Origin: Desulfobacterales bacterium
GTDB lineage: Bacteria; Desulfobacterota; Desulfobacteria; Desulfobacterales; UBA5852
DNA length: 64,000 nucleotides
Direction of reading: 5' to 3'
NCBI GenBank assembly: GCA_963674755.2
Contig: CAXXVS010000003.1
Coordinates: forward strand, 448,001-512,000
The notes under the pieces were generated by a model, which was not told the origin of the DNA, did no database searches, and saw only the letters and a list, made by a program, of their open reading frames with translations. Positions 40,376-52,756 of this stretch are shown here, one piece after another; positions within the stretch are counted from its first letter, which is position 1; every line of letters begins with the position of its first letter. The translations under genes were made by a program, and so were the position numbers.

Positions 40376-40416
40376 GATAAAGACTCCTTGGACGCCTGAA
40401 ACGCTAGGCATTCATG

Positions 40417-40731
40417 CTACGGGATTGCGATGCTGTCGACCTTGATGGCGGTATACTGTTGGCGATGTCCCTGCTTGCGGCGATACCGTTTGCGACGCTT
40501 ATATTTGAAAACAAGTATTTTTTTGGCCTGCCCCTGTTCGACAACCGTCCCCTTGACCGTAATGTTGTCAAGCACGGGCGTACCGACTTGAACCGTTTCG
40601 CCGTCGGAAAACATCAATACGTCATCAAACGTAATCTCGGCCCCCACTTCACCGGGGAGCTTTTCTACGCGGAAGGTTTCGCCTTCCTGGACTTTATATT
40701 GTTTTCCGCCTGATTTGACCACAGCGTACAT
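40417..40731 (-). CDS. rplU: 50S ribosomal protein L21
   Basis: MYAVVKSGGKQYKV...GHRQ. Confidence 0.97.
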   Translation of the reverse strand: MYAVVKSGGKQYKVQEGETFRVEKLPGEVGAEITFDDVLMFSDGETVQVGTPVLDNITVKGTVVEQGQAKKILVFKYKRRKRYRRKQGHRQQYTAIKVDSIAIP

Positions 40732-40834
40732 GCGCGCCTCCTTTGACCATAAGCGTCGATCCGGCTTTATCCCTGCGACCCTCTGGAGTGAACCGACTTC
40801 GATGCAATAAAAATTTCGACTTCAAAACCAGGGA

Positions 40835-40862
40835 ATATTACTTTATTCGCGTGTCGTGTCAA
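40835..40862 (-). promoter_or_regulatory. Sigma70 promoter of the rplU operon
   Basis: TTGACA-N16-TAATAT on the minus strand. Confidence 0.6.
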
Positions 40863-40995
40863 GCAAAAAAATAGTTATGCAGCGGCCCTTCGGGTAAGCG
40901 GGCGGGCGCCAAGGATACCACCAAATATTTGACAACCGGCGGTATAAAGCCTACAACCCCACGCGACCTTCCGACTGGGCGGCTAAAAAGACTAA

Positions 40996-41820
40996 ATGCA
41001 AGGATACCGCATGGAACGCTATAGGGCTACTCGCATCGTGTCATCCCCTTTGAATGGCGAACCGGCCACCGGCGAGACAATGTCCCTGATTGCCGAAGAG
41101 CCGCTGTCCATCCGTGTGCAGGGGCGCCCCTATATGGTCGTCATGCGAACGCCTGGCGCGGAGTTGGCCCACGCGGCCGGTCTGTGTCTTGCCGAGGGGC
41201 TTATCCGCCAGCCCTCGGACATCGCCCAGCTGGCCTTTTGTGATGGCGATGACACCAATACCGTGACGGTGACCCTTCAGGAACATTGCGCCGACCGTCT
41301 GACCCAGCGTGGCGACCGACGTGCTTACATTAGCCAGTCCGGCTGCGGTTTGTGCGGCAAGGAGCTTATTGAGGACATTCACACCGAGATCCGGCCTCTC
41401 AGCGGCCTTACGGCAATACCGTTGTCGCGTGTATCGAACGCCTTGGCCGATCTTCCACGTCAGCAACCCCTGCGGGAGCAGACACGGGCCGCCCACGCGG
41501 CGGCGATCCATGATCAGGAGGGCTTGCTGCTGACGGCGGCCGAGGATGTCGGGCGCCACAATGCCTTGGACAAGGCTATCGGGCGGTTGTTTCTGGACGA
41601 CCGCCTGCAATCCGCGGCCATGATTGTTCTTTCCTCCCGTATCAGCTACGAACTGGTTCAGAAAGCAGCCTGCGCGCGCATTCCCATCATCGTGGCGGTG
41701 TCCCGTCCGACATCCCTGGCCGTGGCCCTGGCGGAACGCCTCAATATCGCCCTGGCCTCCCGCCGACCCGGTGGGGGACTGTGGGTTTACACCGCCGAAC
41801 ACCGTTTGCCCCCGGATTGA
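40996..41820 (+). CDS. fdhD: Formate dehydrogenase accessory sulfurtransferase FdhD
   Basis: EEPLSI, MRTPG, SGCGLCG, EDVGRHNALDK, SSRISYELVQK. Confidence 0.92.
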   Translation: MQGYRMERYRATRIVSSPLNGEPATGETMSLIAEEPLSIRVQGRPYMVVMRTPGAELAHAAGLCLAEGLIRQPSDIAQLAFCDGDDTNTVTVTLQEHCADRLTQRGDRRAYISQSGCGLCGKELIEDIHTEIRPLSGLTAIPLSRVSNALADLPRQQPLREQTRAAHAAAIHDQEGLLLTAAEDVGRHNALDKAIGRLFLDDRLQSAAMIVLSSRISYELVQKAACARIPIIVAVSRPTSLAVALAERLNIALASRRPGGGLWVYTAEHRLPPD

Positions 41821-41847
41821 TGCCCCCCTTTTTTCGATAAATACCAA

Positions 41848-41894
41848 CAAAAAGGCGCCGTTCCCGGAAAGGGAGGGCGCCTTTGGTGTTTTTA
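41848..41894. terminator. Bidirectional terminator between fdhD and dsrP
   Basis: AAAAAGGCGCC...GGCGCCTTT hairpin with A and T runs on both sides. Confidence 0.75.
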
Positions 41895-41923
41895 CTTAAT
41901 TGACGCTGCGCTGCGGGAGCGCC

Positions 41924-43081
41924 TTAGGCCCGGACTTCTTCCTTAACACCAATCGTGATCTTATAAAAGATGGTCAGGATCAGGGCACCAACGGCGTAGA
42001 CACCGATGGTGATCATCACCTCGGGGAAGGTGGGCATGTATTCATGGACCTGGTGCAGCGGGTTAGGCACGAAACCGCCCGAGATCAGCCCGAGCCCCTT
42101 GTCGATCCAGGCGCCTACGAACAGCATGACACAGGCCACTGCCAGAACACCTTCGTTATGACGCGTAACGGGCGGAATCATCAGAACCAGAGCGAGCACC
42201 ATCAATGCCATGGAGGTCCACATCCAGGGAACGAGGACGCCATGCCCGTTGATTCCCATGAACAGATATTTGATATGGTCCATGTGCTCCGGAATGCCGC
42301 TGTAAAAGGCCACAAACAACTCACAGCCAAAGAAAAACAGGTTGGTGATAAGGGCATAAGTGGAAATTTTGGCCAGGGTTTGGATCTGCTCCCGGCCAGG
42401 ATCAAAGTTCGATACCCGCCGGATAACCAAGCTCAGCAGAATCAGCAAGGCCGGTCCTGCGGCGAAAGCCGAGGCCAGGAAGCGCGGTGCCAGGATCGCC
42501 GTCAGCCAGAAGCCGCGGCCGGGCAGGCCGCAGTAAAGAAAGGCTGTCACGGTGTGAATGCTGATGGCAAAGGGAATGGACAGGTAAATCAATGGCTTGA
42601 CCCACATTGGATAATGGGTGCCGTTGCGTTCGGCCTGCAATACGTTCCAGCCGATTATCAGGTTGAGGAGCAGATAGCCGTTGAGGACAAGCATGTCATA
42701 GAACAGCATTGAGCGGGGCTGAGGGTTCAGAATGACATTCAAGACCCGCATGGGCTGCCCCAGGTCGACCAAAACGCTCAGCATACAGACGATCAGCGAG
42801 GCGATGGCCAGAAATTCCCCCATGATGGTGATTCGACCGAAGGCCTTGTAATTGTGCAGGTAATAGGGCAATACCACCATCACGCCACCGGCGGCGACAC
42901 CCACCATATAGGTCAGCTGGGCGATGTAAAATCCCCAGGACACATCCCGACCGAGGCCGGTGATGCCGAGACCGAATTTTAGCTGCCACAGATAAAACCC
43001 GAATCCCACGCCGATCACGGCCAGCAGGAAAACGATCCATCCGTAGTACTTTTTGTCTCCTTTAATCGCATATTCAAGCAT
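41924..43081 (-). CDS. dsrP: DsrP (NrfD-family membrane protein)
   Basis: RDVSWGFYI, DLGQP, HTVTAF, LAPRFLASAF; last gene of the operon. Confidence 0.92.
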   Translation of the reverse strand: MLEYAIKGDKKYYGWIVFLLAVIGVGFGFYLWQLKFGLGITGLGRDVSWGFYIAQLTYMVGVAAGGVMVVLPYYLHNYKAFGRITIMGEFLAIASLIVCMLSVLVDLGQPMRVLNVILNPQPRSMLFYDMLVLNGYLLLNLIIGWNVLQAERNGTHYPMWVKPLIYLSIPFAISIHTVTAFLYCGLPGRGFWLTAILAPRFLASAFAAGPALLILLSLVIRRVSNFDPGREQIQTLAKISTYALITNLFFFGCELFVAFYSGIPEHMDHIKYLFMGINGHGVLVPWMWTSMALMVLALVLMIPPVTRHNEGVLAVACVMLFVGAWIDKGLGLISGGFVPNPLHQVHEYMPTFPEVMITIGVYAVGALILTIFYKITIGVKEEVRA

Positions 43082-43088
43082 GGCCACC

Positions 43089-43889
43089 TCATATGATGTA
43101 GTAAACCGCAGGGCCGGTCCCGAGGGCGACCTTGCGGCGAATGGTATAGTGTTTGCTCAATACTTCCCGTATTTCAGAGTGAGGGTCTCCCAGATCACCG
43201 AAGACCAAGGCCCCCTCGGAGGCTTCCACACAGGCGGGCATTTCCCCTACCGCCAGACGCTCTGCGCAGAAGTTGCATTTTTCGACGACACCCTTGGTGC
43301 GGGTGGGGAATTTCGGATTGAGCTTGTCAATGAAGGGTCGCGGGTCGCGGAGGTTAAAGCTGCGCGACCCGTAGGGGCAGGCCGCCATACAGAAGCGGCA
43401 GCCGATGCAGCGGTGATAATCCATCATGACAATGCCGTCGGCCCGTTTAAAGGTGGCCTTGGTGGGGCAGGCCTGGGTGCAGGGAGGATCTTCGCAGTGG
43501 TTGCAGAGCACCAGGAAGGGGCGCTCTTCGACCGCTTCGTCCATATAATTCGAGCCCAACCCCGGGAAAGCATTATGAAAATGGGTTTCCCAAATCCACT
43601 TGATTTCCTGGCGTAGGGCAACTTTTTCACCGACCTTGGCAGCGGTAATGTAGGGTACGTTGTGGGCCGTGTGGCAGGCTTCGATCATGCGCTCGATACG
43701 TGCATGGTCCAGCTTGGCCGTGTCGATGACCATCCCCCACTGTTGGGCGGTCAGAGCGTCTTTCCCCTTGCGCACATAGGGCTGGCCGCCATGCCCCTCA
43801 GCGGCGGCGGCATCGATGACCCCGGCCGTGCCCATCCCCAAGGCGGCAACGCCGGCGATTTTAAGAAATTGTCTCCTGCTGTCTTCCAT
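43089..43889 (-). CDS. dsrO: DsrO periplasmic Fe-S protein
   Basis: Tat signal SRRQFLK; CNHCEDPPC...CP, CIGCRFCMAACP, KCNFC. Confidence 0.92.
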   Translation of the reverse strand: MEDSRRQFLKIAGVAALGMGTAGVIDAAAAEGHGGQPYVRKGKDALTAQQWGMVIDTAKLDHARIERMIEACHTAHNVPYITAAKVGEKVALRQEIKWIWETHFHNAFPGLGSNYMDEAVEERPFLVLCNHCEDPPCTQACPTKATFKRADGIVMMDYHRCIGCRFCMAACPYGSRSFNLRDPRPFIDKLNPKFPTRTKGVVEKCNFCAERLAVGEMPACVEASEGALVFGDLGDPHSEIREVLSKHYTIRRKVALGTGPAVYYII

Positions 43890-44273
43890 TACTTGGTCTC
43901 CTTCGGATTTTCGATATGGCAATCCCAGCAGTAAGGTTCAATGGAGGTGTATAGATGACATCGGTCACAGAATTCAGCGGTGTTGGAATGGCAGTCCAGA
44001 CAGGTGTTGGACAGGCTCATGTTGAATTCTTTGCCCTCGGCATTGACATAGATCCGTTCCCCATCCCGCACAACCGCATTTCGCCATGTGTTCAATAGCT
44101 GCATATGATTGGCGATCATCCAGTCGGTATCCCGCACGCATTTTTCGGCGGCCTTAGCCTTGGGGGTCAGCACTACCTCGGGTGCCGGCACTTTGGCTTT
44201 GAACATGTTGAACCAGAACGGAGATGTCGCCACGATAAAAAAGATTATGATTCCCGCGATGATTTTACCTTTA

Positions 44274-44281
<8 letters not shown>
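43889..44281 (-). CDS. dsrJ: DsrJ triheme cytochrome c
   Basis: CLDCH, CDRCH, CWDCH plus CV...HM; N-terminal TM helix. Confidence 0.92.
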
Positions 44282-45908
<1,627 letters not shown>

Positions 45909-45914
45909 TATGTC

Positions 45915-46925
45915 TTACTCCTTTTTATCCACAGGCAGTCCAGCCTCGATCATTTTTTCCCTGAAATCATCCTCATACTCTTCGTAGGTATGAATTTTTA
46001 CCGGGTAGTTCCATGGATTGACATGGCGAACGGCGCGGGAATTGTTGGCCATGTTGCGCGTGGGGCTCAGGAAAATACCGCCCATATGCATCAGCTTGCT
46101 CCAGGGGAAATACATCAGCAGCACGCTGACAAAAAAGAGATGAATGTAGAAAATGGAACCGATGGCCTGCATTTTGTCGATGGTCGGCAGGCTGAAGGTC
46201 ACCAGGCCGTAAGTCAACTCTTTGGCGTCGATCAGATTGATCTTGGCGAAATAGCGCATGAAGATGCCGGTAAACGCGATGCCAAAAATCAGGAACAAGG
46301 GAAAATAGTCGGATGCCAGCGATATCATCCGGATATTGGGCAGGTAGACGCGACGCAGAAACAAAAAGAGAACCGTGCCCAGCAGAACGAAGCTCGACAT
46401 GGAAATGACCGGTTGGCCGACCTGGATGAACGTGTCTATTTTTTCGAGAATCTCAAATGGCAAGGGCAGGGGGTCCAGAAAAAAGCGGGCGTGTCGCAGC
46501 AGGACCACCAGAAAGGTGTAATGAAAGGCCAGGGCGAACAGCCAGAGCCACAGCTCCAGGTCGTAGCTGATGCGACCGTCCGGGTTGAGCCGCATGCGGG
46601 TATTCCGGAAGAGGGACCGAAAGGTCACCACCTCGAAGAACATCCGGGCGACCACGCCCTTGCCGGTAAAGGGGTTGTCGATGGTGTTGGCTTTAATCCA
46701 AGGCAGCGATTTGGCCTGGCCGGCCGTGGTGGGAATCCGGAAAGGTACCGTCGAGCGCGCCCAGTCCATCATGCGGATGAAAAAACCGACCAAGAAAACG
46801 ACCACCGCGATGTATGGCAGGATCACGCCGAAGAGCACCTGCAACCCGAGGATGTCGCATCCCACCCAGGCGATCAGTGCCAGAGCCCCAACGGCTAAAA
46901 GGGAATAGAAATACTTAACATTCAT
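45915..46925 (-). CDS. dsrM: DsrM (NarI-like membrane cytochrome b)
   Basis: VPFRIPTTAGQ, LAFH, YIHL, PWSKLMH, SPTRN. Confidence 0.95.
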   Translation of the reverse strand: MNVKYFYSLLAVGALALIAWVGCDILGLQVLFGVILPYIAVVVFLVGFFIRMMDWARSTVPFRIPTTAGQAKSLPWIKANTIDNPFTGKGVVARMFFEVVTFRSLFRNTRMRLNPDGRISYDLELWLWLFALAFHYTFLVVLLRHARFFLDPLPLPFEILEKIDTFIQVGQPVISMSSFVLLGTVLFLFLRRVYLPNIRMISLASDYFPLFLIFGIAFTGIFMRYFAKINLIDAKELTYGLVTFSLPTIDKMQAIGSIFYIHLFFVSVLLMYFPWSKLMHMGGIFLSPTRNMANNSRAVRHVNPWNYPVKIHTYEEYEDDFREKMIEAGLPVDKKE

Positions 46926-47011
46926 TGACCTTTACCTCACTTTTGGGTTCCGGCAACAGTAGCGATGGTCTCTGTTCCGGAAACCGCCTTTAAAATTAAA
47001 AGGTGATGATA

Positions 47012-47551
47012 TTAAGAGACCCCGGAATCCGGTTTCATGTCCGGATTTTCGCGCACCAGTCCTGCACGAGCAAAGGCCCGGTATATTTTGCTTTGTTCTT
47101 CGGTGGCCTTCATACTGTATATTTTTTCACGGCAACGTATAAATATATCAAAGGCGATCAGCAGCAGCCGGTCGATGCGCTCTTCGAAAATCAGCAGTTG
47201 TGATTGCGTATCGAAATCTTGCAGTTTACCTTTCAATGCTCGGCGGATGATCTTTTTCAGGTCAAGGATGAAGGCGGTGGCTTGGGAGGGGGTGAACATG
47301 GTCTGGACGGCGCGGATACGAATCAGCGCGTCCAAATGGTGGGCGAGTACCTCGGGGTCGGCGTCGGCTAGGAGCTCATCCAGGACCCTTTCCAGGGTTT
47401 GACGCGATGTTCCGCCGACCGGATTGGCAAACATATCCTTGTTGGATTTAAGGAAACGGGCGGTATCGGGCGGATAGGTACCGGCCAGGACCGCAAACCA
47501 ATCTTTCGCGATTTGCGTTTTATATTTCGCTATTCGATGTTCCAGCCTCAT
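47012..47551 (-). CDS. dsrT: DsrT (RsbRD N-terminal-like)
   Basis: FANPVG, IRIRAVQ, AFDIFIRCREKIY; directly upstream of dsrM. Confidence 0.88.
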   Translation of the reverse strand: MRLEHRIAKYKTQIAKDWFAVLAGTYPPDTARFLKSNKDMFANPVGGTSRQTLERVLDELLADADPEVLAHHLDALIRIRAVQTMFTPSQATAFILDLKKIIRRALKGKLQDFDTQSQLLIFEERIDRLLLIAFDIFIRCREKIYSMKATEEQSKIYRAFARAGLVRENPDMKPDSGVS

Positions 47552-47669
47552 CAGAAGGGGTGGCTCGGTTTCAAGGGTCGTTCCCTCGAAAACGGCTTGG
47601 GTACTCCTCTCTACCGGTGAAGGTCAAAAGCGGAGGCAACAGAACGAATGCCCGATATTGAAAGAGAAT

Positions 47670-47698
47670 TCTATAGTCAAATTGGGATTTTCTGTCAA
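47670..47698 (-). promoter_or_regulatory. Sigma70 promoter of dsrTMKJOP
   Basis: TTGACA-N17-TATAGA on the minus strand. Confidence 0.6.
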
Positions 47699-48009
47699 GG
47701 AGATTTGGAGCGATCCCGATAGGTTAGTTTCGGTGGGCCAAAATTTTTACAAATTTCCTAAAGCCTGGGCCCCAAATCGACGGCTGGTCGGGCAAAGAGG
47801 GCCGTACGGCAGCGCGACGGGGCAAATTGCGCGGATAGGATTCATACCGTCATGGCAAGCTGTTCCTTGTCAGACTTTCATAAAAGGCGGCGCGTTTTTT
47901 GAAAAAGAGGTCGTTTTGAATGAAAACAAATTCAGTTTGGTTGGTCAGAAGGTAAAGAGCTATTGCGAGGGAGGTGCTGGAAGCGTGATCCGATATACGC
48001 TATCGGCCG

Positions 48010-48447
48010 TCAGGTGGAACGACGGTAGCCGGCTTTCCAGTCTTTGCCGCCGTTTTGCTGATAATCGGCAAGGGCCTTGTAAAGGGCGCCCACGGCCAGT
48101 TCGGCACAGTGGAAGTGGCCCGGGGGGAGGGTTTGGAGGTGATCGGCTACGATTTCGGGGGTAATGCGCCAGGCGGATTCGATATCCTGCCCCTCGACGA
48201 TTTCCGCGACCATGTTGGCACAGGCATTGGTATTCAGGCACCCGTCGAGTTCATACGCGACACGTTCGATCACATGTCCGCGTACCATTACGAAAAACGT
48301 GATGCTGTCCTTGCACGCACCGACATTATGTCCAAAGCCGGACGGGTTGGCAGGACGCCCCTGCCGATCCGTTCGAAAGGCCATCTCGAGAAAGGTCAGG
48401 GAGTGCGACTGCCATCCATCATGCTCGGTATCTGCGGTCTCGGCCAT
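48010..48447 (-). CDS. IscU/NifU-N-like Fe-S scaffold protein
   Basis: Three Cys in GACKD, DGCLNT and HCAELAV. Confidence 0.82.
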   Translation of the reverse strand: MAETADTEHDGWQSHSLTFLEMAFRTDRQGRPANPSGFGHNVGACKDSITFFVMVRGHVIERVAYELDGCLNTNACANMVAEIVEGQDIESAWRITPEIVADHLQTLPPGHFHCAELAVGALYKALADYQQNGGKDWKAGYRRST

Positions 48448-48599
48448 TAGTTCCTCAGCCCCTCCCTTGTGGTGGATTTATCCGCACTGCCTATGACGGC
48501 GGTTTGGGGGGCACGGTAGACGGATTCGGCGTATTAGTCAATGTCCTCCCGTATAGGGAAAACGTCATGTATTACACTGCGAGGGCCGTGGCCTGGCGG

Positions 48600-49787
48600 T
48601 CAACTTCTTTTGGTCCCACCGCGTTGGGACCACAATAAATGGGCGAACCCCACCGGGCTCATGACATAGCGGAAAAGCCGACGGTAGCTCATCTCACCAC
48701 GGTAGACGGCTAAATGGGTGGCACCTATTTTAGCGCCCCAGCGGGTCAGAACCCAATTGCTCAGCTTGGGGCAACCATATAGGATGCGTGCCAGGATATC
48801 CGCTTTCAGCACTTCCGCCTCGATTTCCGCTTTGATCGCCCGGGTATATCGATGGGCTGTCGACGTGCCATAGGAATCTGGTGAAGATAAAACCGCTGCG
48901 GCAATCATGGCACCCTTGAGGGCATAATAGATCCCTTCGCCGGTCACAGGGTCCACCAGCCCGGTGGCATCCCCCACCACCAGGCCGCGTGGGTCGGCAT
49001 AGCCATTGCGGGGATCGGGTCGGCAGGGAATCGGGTGCAGCCGTAGCGATCGGCAGCCCTCATTGCCTGGAAGGCTGTTTCGGGCAAGGTAGTCCAGCAA
49101 AAACGGCTTCAAGCACCTGGCTGGGCGATTCCGGGCCAGTATTCCGGCGGAAAGGCCATTCTTTTTGGGGAACAGCCAGGCATACCCTCCCGGAACGACA
49201 CCGAAATCGAAACAAATGGCACCGGACAACCGCTGCCGTGCATTGTGGGGCAGGGCCAATTCGGCTTCCAGGGCAGGCATGACCTGGTGGCTGATGGAGA
49301 GGCCGAGGGACCGCGCCACGCGACTATAGACCCCGTCGGCCCCGACAACCAATCGGGTGTGGAAACGACCGGCCGTCGTCTTGACCGTCAGCTGGCCGGG
49401 AGAACCCGAAAGGGAAAGGAAGCGCGTTTGATCCCGGACCACGGCGCCGGCGGCTTCGGCCTGGCGGACGAGGAAATGATCGAAGCGGTCGCGCATGACC
49501 AGATGAACCGGTGCGGTGCCATCATTTTGCACGAAGGCGGTCCGATAGTGGACCCGCAGACGGGTCGTCCTGGCGCGATCTTCGACCAGCCCGTCAAGGT
49601 CGAAAGGCAGCAAGGCCCGCGCCCGTAGGGTAAGTCCGCCGCCGCAGGCTTTGTAGCGTGGCAGTTTGTGCTTTTCCAGTAACAACACCCGCCACCCCGC
49701 ACGGGCCATTTGGTGAGCCAACAGGCTGCCCGCCGGTCCGGTTCCGACGATGGCCATATCGAATATTTGGGATGGCTGATTGATCAA
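48600..49787 (-). CDS. Geranylgeranyl reductase family FAD oxidoreductase
   Basis: GTGPAG, PRYKACGGG, GADG, GYAWLFPK, VGDATGLVDPVTGEGI. Confidence 0.87.
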   Translation of the reverse strand: MINQPSQIFDMAIVGTGPAGSLLAHQMARAGWRVLLLEKHKLPRYKACGGGLTLRARALLPFDLDGLVEDRARTTRLRVHYRTAFVQNDGTAPVHLVMRDRFDHFLVRQAEAAGAVVRDQTRFLSLSGSPGQLTVKTTAGRFHTRLVVGADGVYSRVARSLGLSISHQVMPALEAELALPHNARQRLSGAICFDFGVVPGGYAWLFPKKNGLSAGILARNRPARCLKPFLLDYLARNSLPGNEGCRSLRLHPIPCRPDPRNGYADPRGLVVGDATGLVDPVTGEGIYYALKGAMIAAAVLSSPDSYGTSTAHRYTRAIKAEIEAEVLKADILARILYGCPKLSNWVLTRWGAKIGATHLAVYRGEMSYRRLFRYVMSPVGFAHLLWSQRGGTKRS

Positions 49788-49882
49788 AACAGGATGACAA
49801 CCACCACTCCCAGAGCGATGGCTACGATGGGATGATCGTAGTAGAAATAGCGGCTATAGGTGGCGAGGCTTTCGAAATTCAT
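49784..49882 (-). CDS. Possible 32-aa membrane peptide or gene remnant
   Basis: MNFESLATYSRYFYYDHPIVAIALGVVVVILF*; its stop overlaps the TTG start of the reductase. Confidence 0.3.
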   Translation of the reverse strand: MNFESLATYSRYFYYDHPIVAIALGVVVVILF

Positions 49883-50202
49883 ACCGATCGGCTGTAGGCT
49901 CCTGTTGTGAAGGGTAAAATGCCGCCCGGCAGCTGCGGCCCGTTGAGCATTGACTGGTCAGAGGTTTGAAATCCCTTTAGCATTGTTCATCATGAGCGGC
50001 AAATGGGGGCCGCTACACCGCGCTCCCGTCGGCCGGGAAGCCGGGCTGTAGGAAAGGAGCCCGGGCCGATCAGATGCGGAAAAAAGCAGATCAATACTTG
50101 GTGGTTGCGCAGACAGCCCTCCTGTGGGGGCATTATTTATTTTTTTGTAATACTAAAGGGTAACGACACAGAAGACCGGTTAAACGGACCCTTGTTAAAG
50201 GG

Positions 50203-51558
50203 TCAATCCGACACGATGCCCAATTCCTTGGTTTTGGTCAGCAGGGTATTGCGATGGATGCCCAGCCGGCGGGCGGCCTCCGATTTGTTTCCGTTCGTCG
50301 CGCCAAGCACGCTCTGAATATATTGTTTTTCAAAGGCCAGTACGGCGTCGCGCAGGGAGCGTTTCTCCTTCTGGGTGCCGATGACGACCAACGGGGGAAG
50401 GTTGGCCAGGCGGATGATGCGTTCGGGATTGATGGTGCAGATGCGCTCGACAAAGTTTTCCAACTCCCGGACATTGCCAGGCCAGTGATAGGCGCAGAGG
50501 TGGTCGACAGCGGCCGGGGTCAGCTGCTTGACGGCCCCGCCCCGGCGTTTGGCATGGGCATGTAGAAAATGATCAAGCAACAGCGGAATATCATCCACCC
50601 GCTCGCGTAGCGTCGGAAGGAAAATGGGCAACACATTGAGTCGGTAGTAGAGATCTTGACGGAAGTGATTTTGTTCGACGAGGCTCAGTAAATCCCGGTT
50701 TGAAGAAGCGATAAAACGAATGTCCGCCTGGATGATGCGATGGGTGCCGATTCTTTCAAATTCTTTCTGTTGAATGACGCGCAGCAGTTTAGCCTGCATC
50801 TTGATCGAGAGAGAATCGATATCATCCAGAAAGACGGTTCCGGTGTTAGCGATTTCCAGTTTTCCGGCACAGTCGGCGGACGCTCCGGTAAAGGCGCCTC
50901 GACGGTGCCCGAAGAGCTCGCTTTCCATGAGGGTCGACGGTATGGCGGCGCAATTAATAACGACGAACGGATTTTGTGCCCGCTCACTCTGGTCGTGGAT
51001 GGCGCGTGCCACGAGTTCTTTGCCGGTACCGCTTTCCCCCTGAATGAGAACCGTTCCGTCGCTGGAGGCGACCGTTGTGATCAGTTGAAATACATTCTGC
51101 ATCTCCGGGGTGCGTCCGACCATGTTTTCCGTAGGGCGGCACTGCCCCACTTCCTGCTTCAGGAGGATAATTTCTTTGAGGAGTTTTTTCTTCTTGACAG
51201 CCTTGGCAACGATATCCCTGACATTTTCGACAGCAAAGGGTTTAACCAGATAATCATACGCCCCATTTTTAATGGCATCGATACCGGATTGAAGGTCTTT
51301 AACCGCTGTTACGATGATAATATCGACACTGTCGTCGATTTGTTTAAAGTCCGGAATTAAATTGCGGCCGTCAATATCCGGCAGCATGATATCAAGAAGT
51401 ACGATATCAATTGCGCGTGATTCGAAGATACGGAGTGCTTCTCTACCGGTTTTGGCTGTGTATAATTTGTAGTCGTCTTGTAGAACCATGCGGAGAGATT
51501 CGCGAACACTTTTTTCGTCGTCGACAATCAGGATAGAATAGCTGTGACCATTGCTCAT
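50203..51558 (-). CDS. Sigma54-dependent response regulator (AtoC/NtrC family)
   Basis: Receiver domain, GESGTGKE, GAFTGA, WPGNVREL, NKSEAARRLGIHRNTL HTH. Confidence 0.92.
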   Translation of the reverse strand: MSNGHSYSILIVDDEKSVRESLRMVLQDDYKLYTAKTGREALRIFESRAIDIVLLDIMLPDIDGRNLIPDFKQIDDSVDIIIVTAVKDLQSGIDAIKNGAYDYLVKPFAVENVRDIVAKAVKKKKLLKEIILLKQEVGQCRPTENMVGRTPEMQNVFQLITTVASSDGTVLIQGESGTGKELVARAIHDQSERAQNPFVVINCAAIPSTLMESELFGHRRGAFTGASADCAGKLEIANTGTVFLDDIDSLSIKMQAKLLRVIQQKEFERIGTHRIIQADIRFIASSNRDLLSLVEQNHFRQDLYYRLNVLPIFLPTLRERVDDIPLLLDHFLHAHAKRRGGAVKQLTPAAVDHLCAYHWPGNVRELENFVERICTINPERIIRLANLPPLVVIGTQKEKRSLRDAVLAFEKQYIQSVLGATNGNKSEAARRLGIHRNTLLTKTKELGIVSD

Positions 51559-51940
51559 TGTACATTGGCTCCAATCCTCCCTCTCCTTCTGTATTTATAG
51601 GAAATTGCCGGCGAGAGGATTGCACCACATTTTAATGCATTCGTCAAACAGGCCATGGAAATAACTGCACATAAAAATGTGCAGTTGGACTTAAAAAGGT
51701 GTGCCTATGACGTCTCGATGGGAGAGTCATCTTCGATGAAGAAGCTTTCCCATAAAGGTTCTGCGGGGGCGTTAGGACGCGATGACAGCGAAAAATCGTT
51801 TCATACTTGCCAAATCAAAGCCGTTTCTTTAATATTTTTTATGGAGATGGAATTGCCGGCTTCTTCCTTCACGACCTTTTGCACGCACCATCCGCTATGA
51901 ATATGCGCGCGGGGAGGGCACCCCGGAAAGAGAGAACGTT

Positions 51941-52675
51941 ATGACGGCCAACGACATCAAAAACAAACGATTGGAAGACCCGCTTCAAACGGCGCTTGAC
52001 CAGGTGGTACATCTGGCGCACGAAATTAAGAATTCGATGACGAGTATATCGACGTTTGTGCAGTTGCTGCCTTCCAGATGGCACGATGAGCGGTTTCGTG
52101 ACAGCTTTTATCCGGTGGTCAACGAAGAAACTCAACGCGTCGCCCAACTGGTCAATGATATGCTCGATTTGGGAAAGAGGCAGTCCGCACAGCTGACCTC
52201 TACCAACATCCAGGACATGTTGGAAAATCTTTTGGCATTGAAGGCGCCCTTGGCCGAACAGCGTTGTCTCCGTTTTCACACCCGGATTGATATGTCTTCT
52301 CCTACCATTCGGATTGATCAGGAAAGGATAAAGGAAGCCATCGTCAATCTATTGCACAATGCCATGGAGGCCACGCCGAAGGGCGGCGATATACGCATCA
52401 CGATCGATGACGATCGGATGCCGAACGGGAGACCCGCCCTTCGCCTCGAAATCCAGGACAGCGGACCGGGCATCGACCCGGATCTGCAAAGCGTTATCTT
52501 CGATCCTTACATGTCCACCAAAACTGAGGATCAACTGCCGGCTGGCACCGGTCTGGGGTTACACATTGCAAAGCAGCATATCGAAGCGCACGGCGGGAGC
52601 ATTGCGGTCGAGAGCCCGCCGGAGTCAGGGGCCCTCTTCAGGGTAGTCCTGCCGGTGGAGAGGCGTTGCGCATAG
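51941..52675 (+). CDS. Histidine kinase core (HisKA + HATPase) with no sensor domain
   Basis: LAHEIKN, NAMEA, DSGPG, GTGLGL. Confidence 0.85.
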   Translation: MTANDIKNKRLEDPLQTALDQVVHLAHEIKNSMTSISTFVQLLPSRWHDERFRDSFYPVVNEETQRVAQLVNDMLDLGKRQSAQLTSTNIQDMLENLLALKAPLAEQRCLRFHTRIDMSSPTIRIDQERIKEAIVNLLHNAMEATPKGGDIRITIDDDRMPNGRPALRLEIQDSGPGIDPDLQSVIFDPYMSTKTEDQLPAGTGLGLHIAKQHIEAHGGSIAVESPPESGALFRVVLPVERRCA

Positions 52676-52756
52676 GCATGGCCATGGGGCGGCCACAACC
52701 CCATTGACGCTGAATGGAGGTCCGGTGTATGGCATAGGTGGAAATTCAGCCCTCCT

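Noticed and set aside
47735..47756. Rex-like box upstream of dsrT
   Set aside because: Only one half-site (TTTGTAAA) resembles the Rex palindrome
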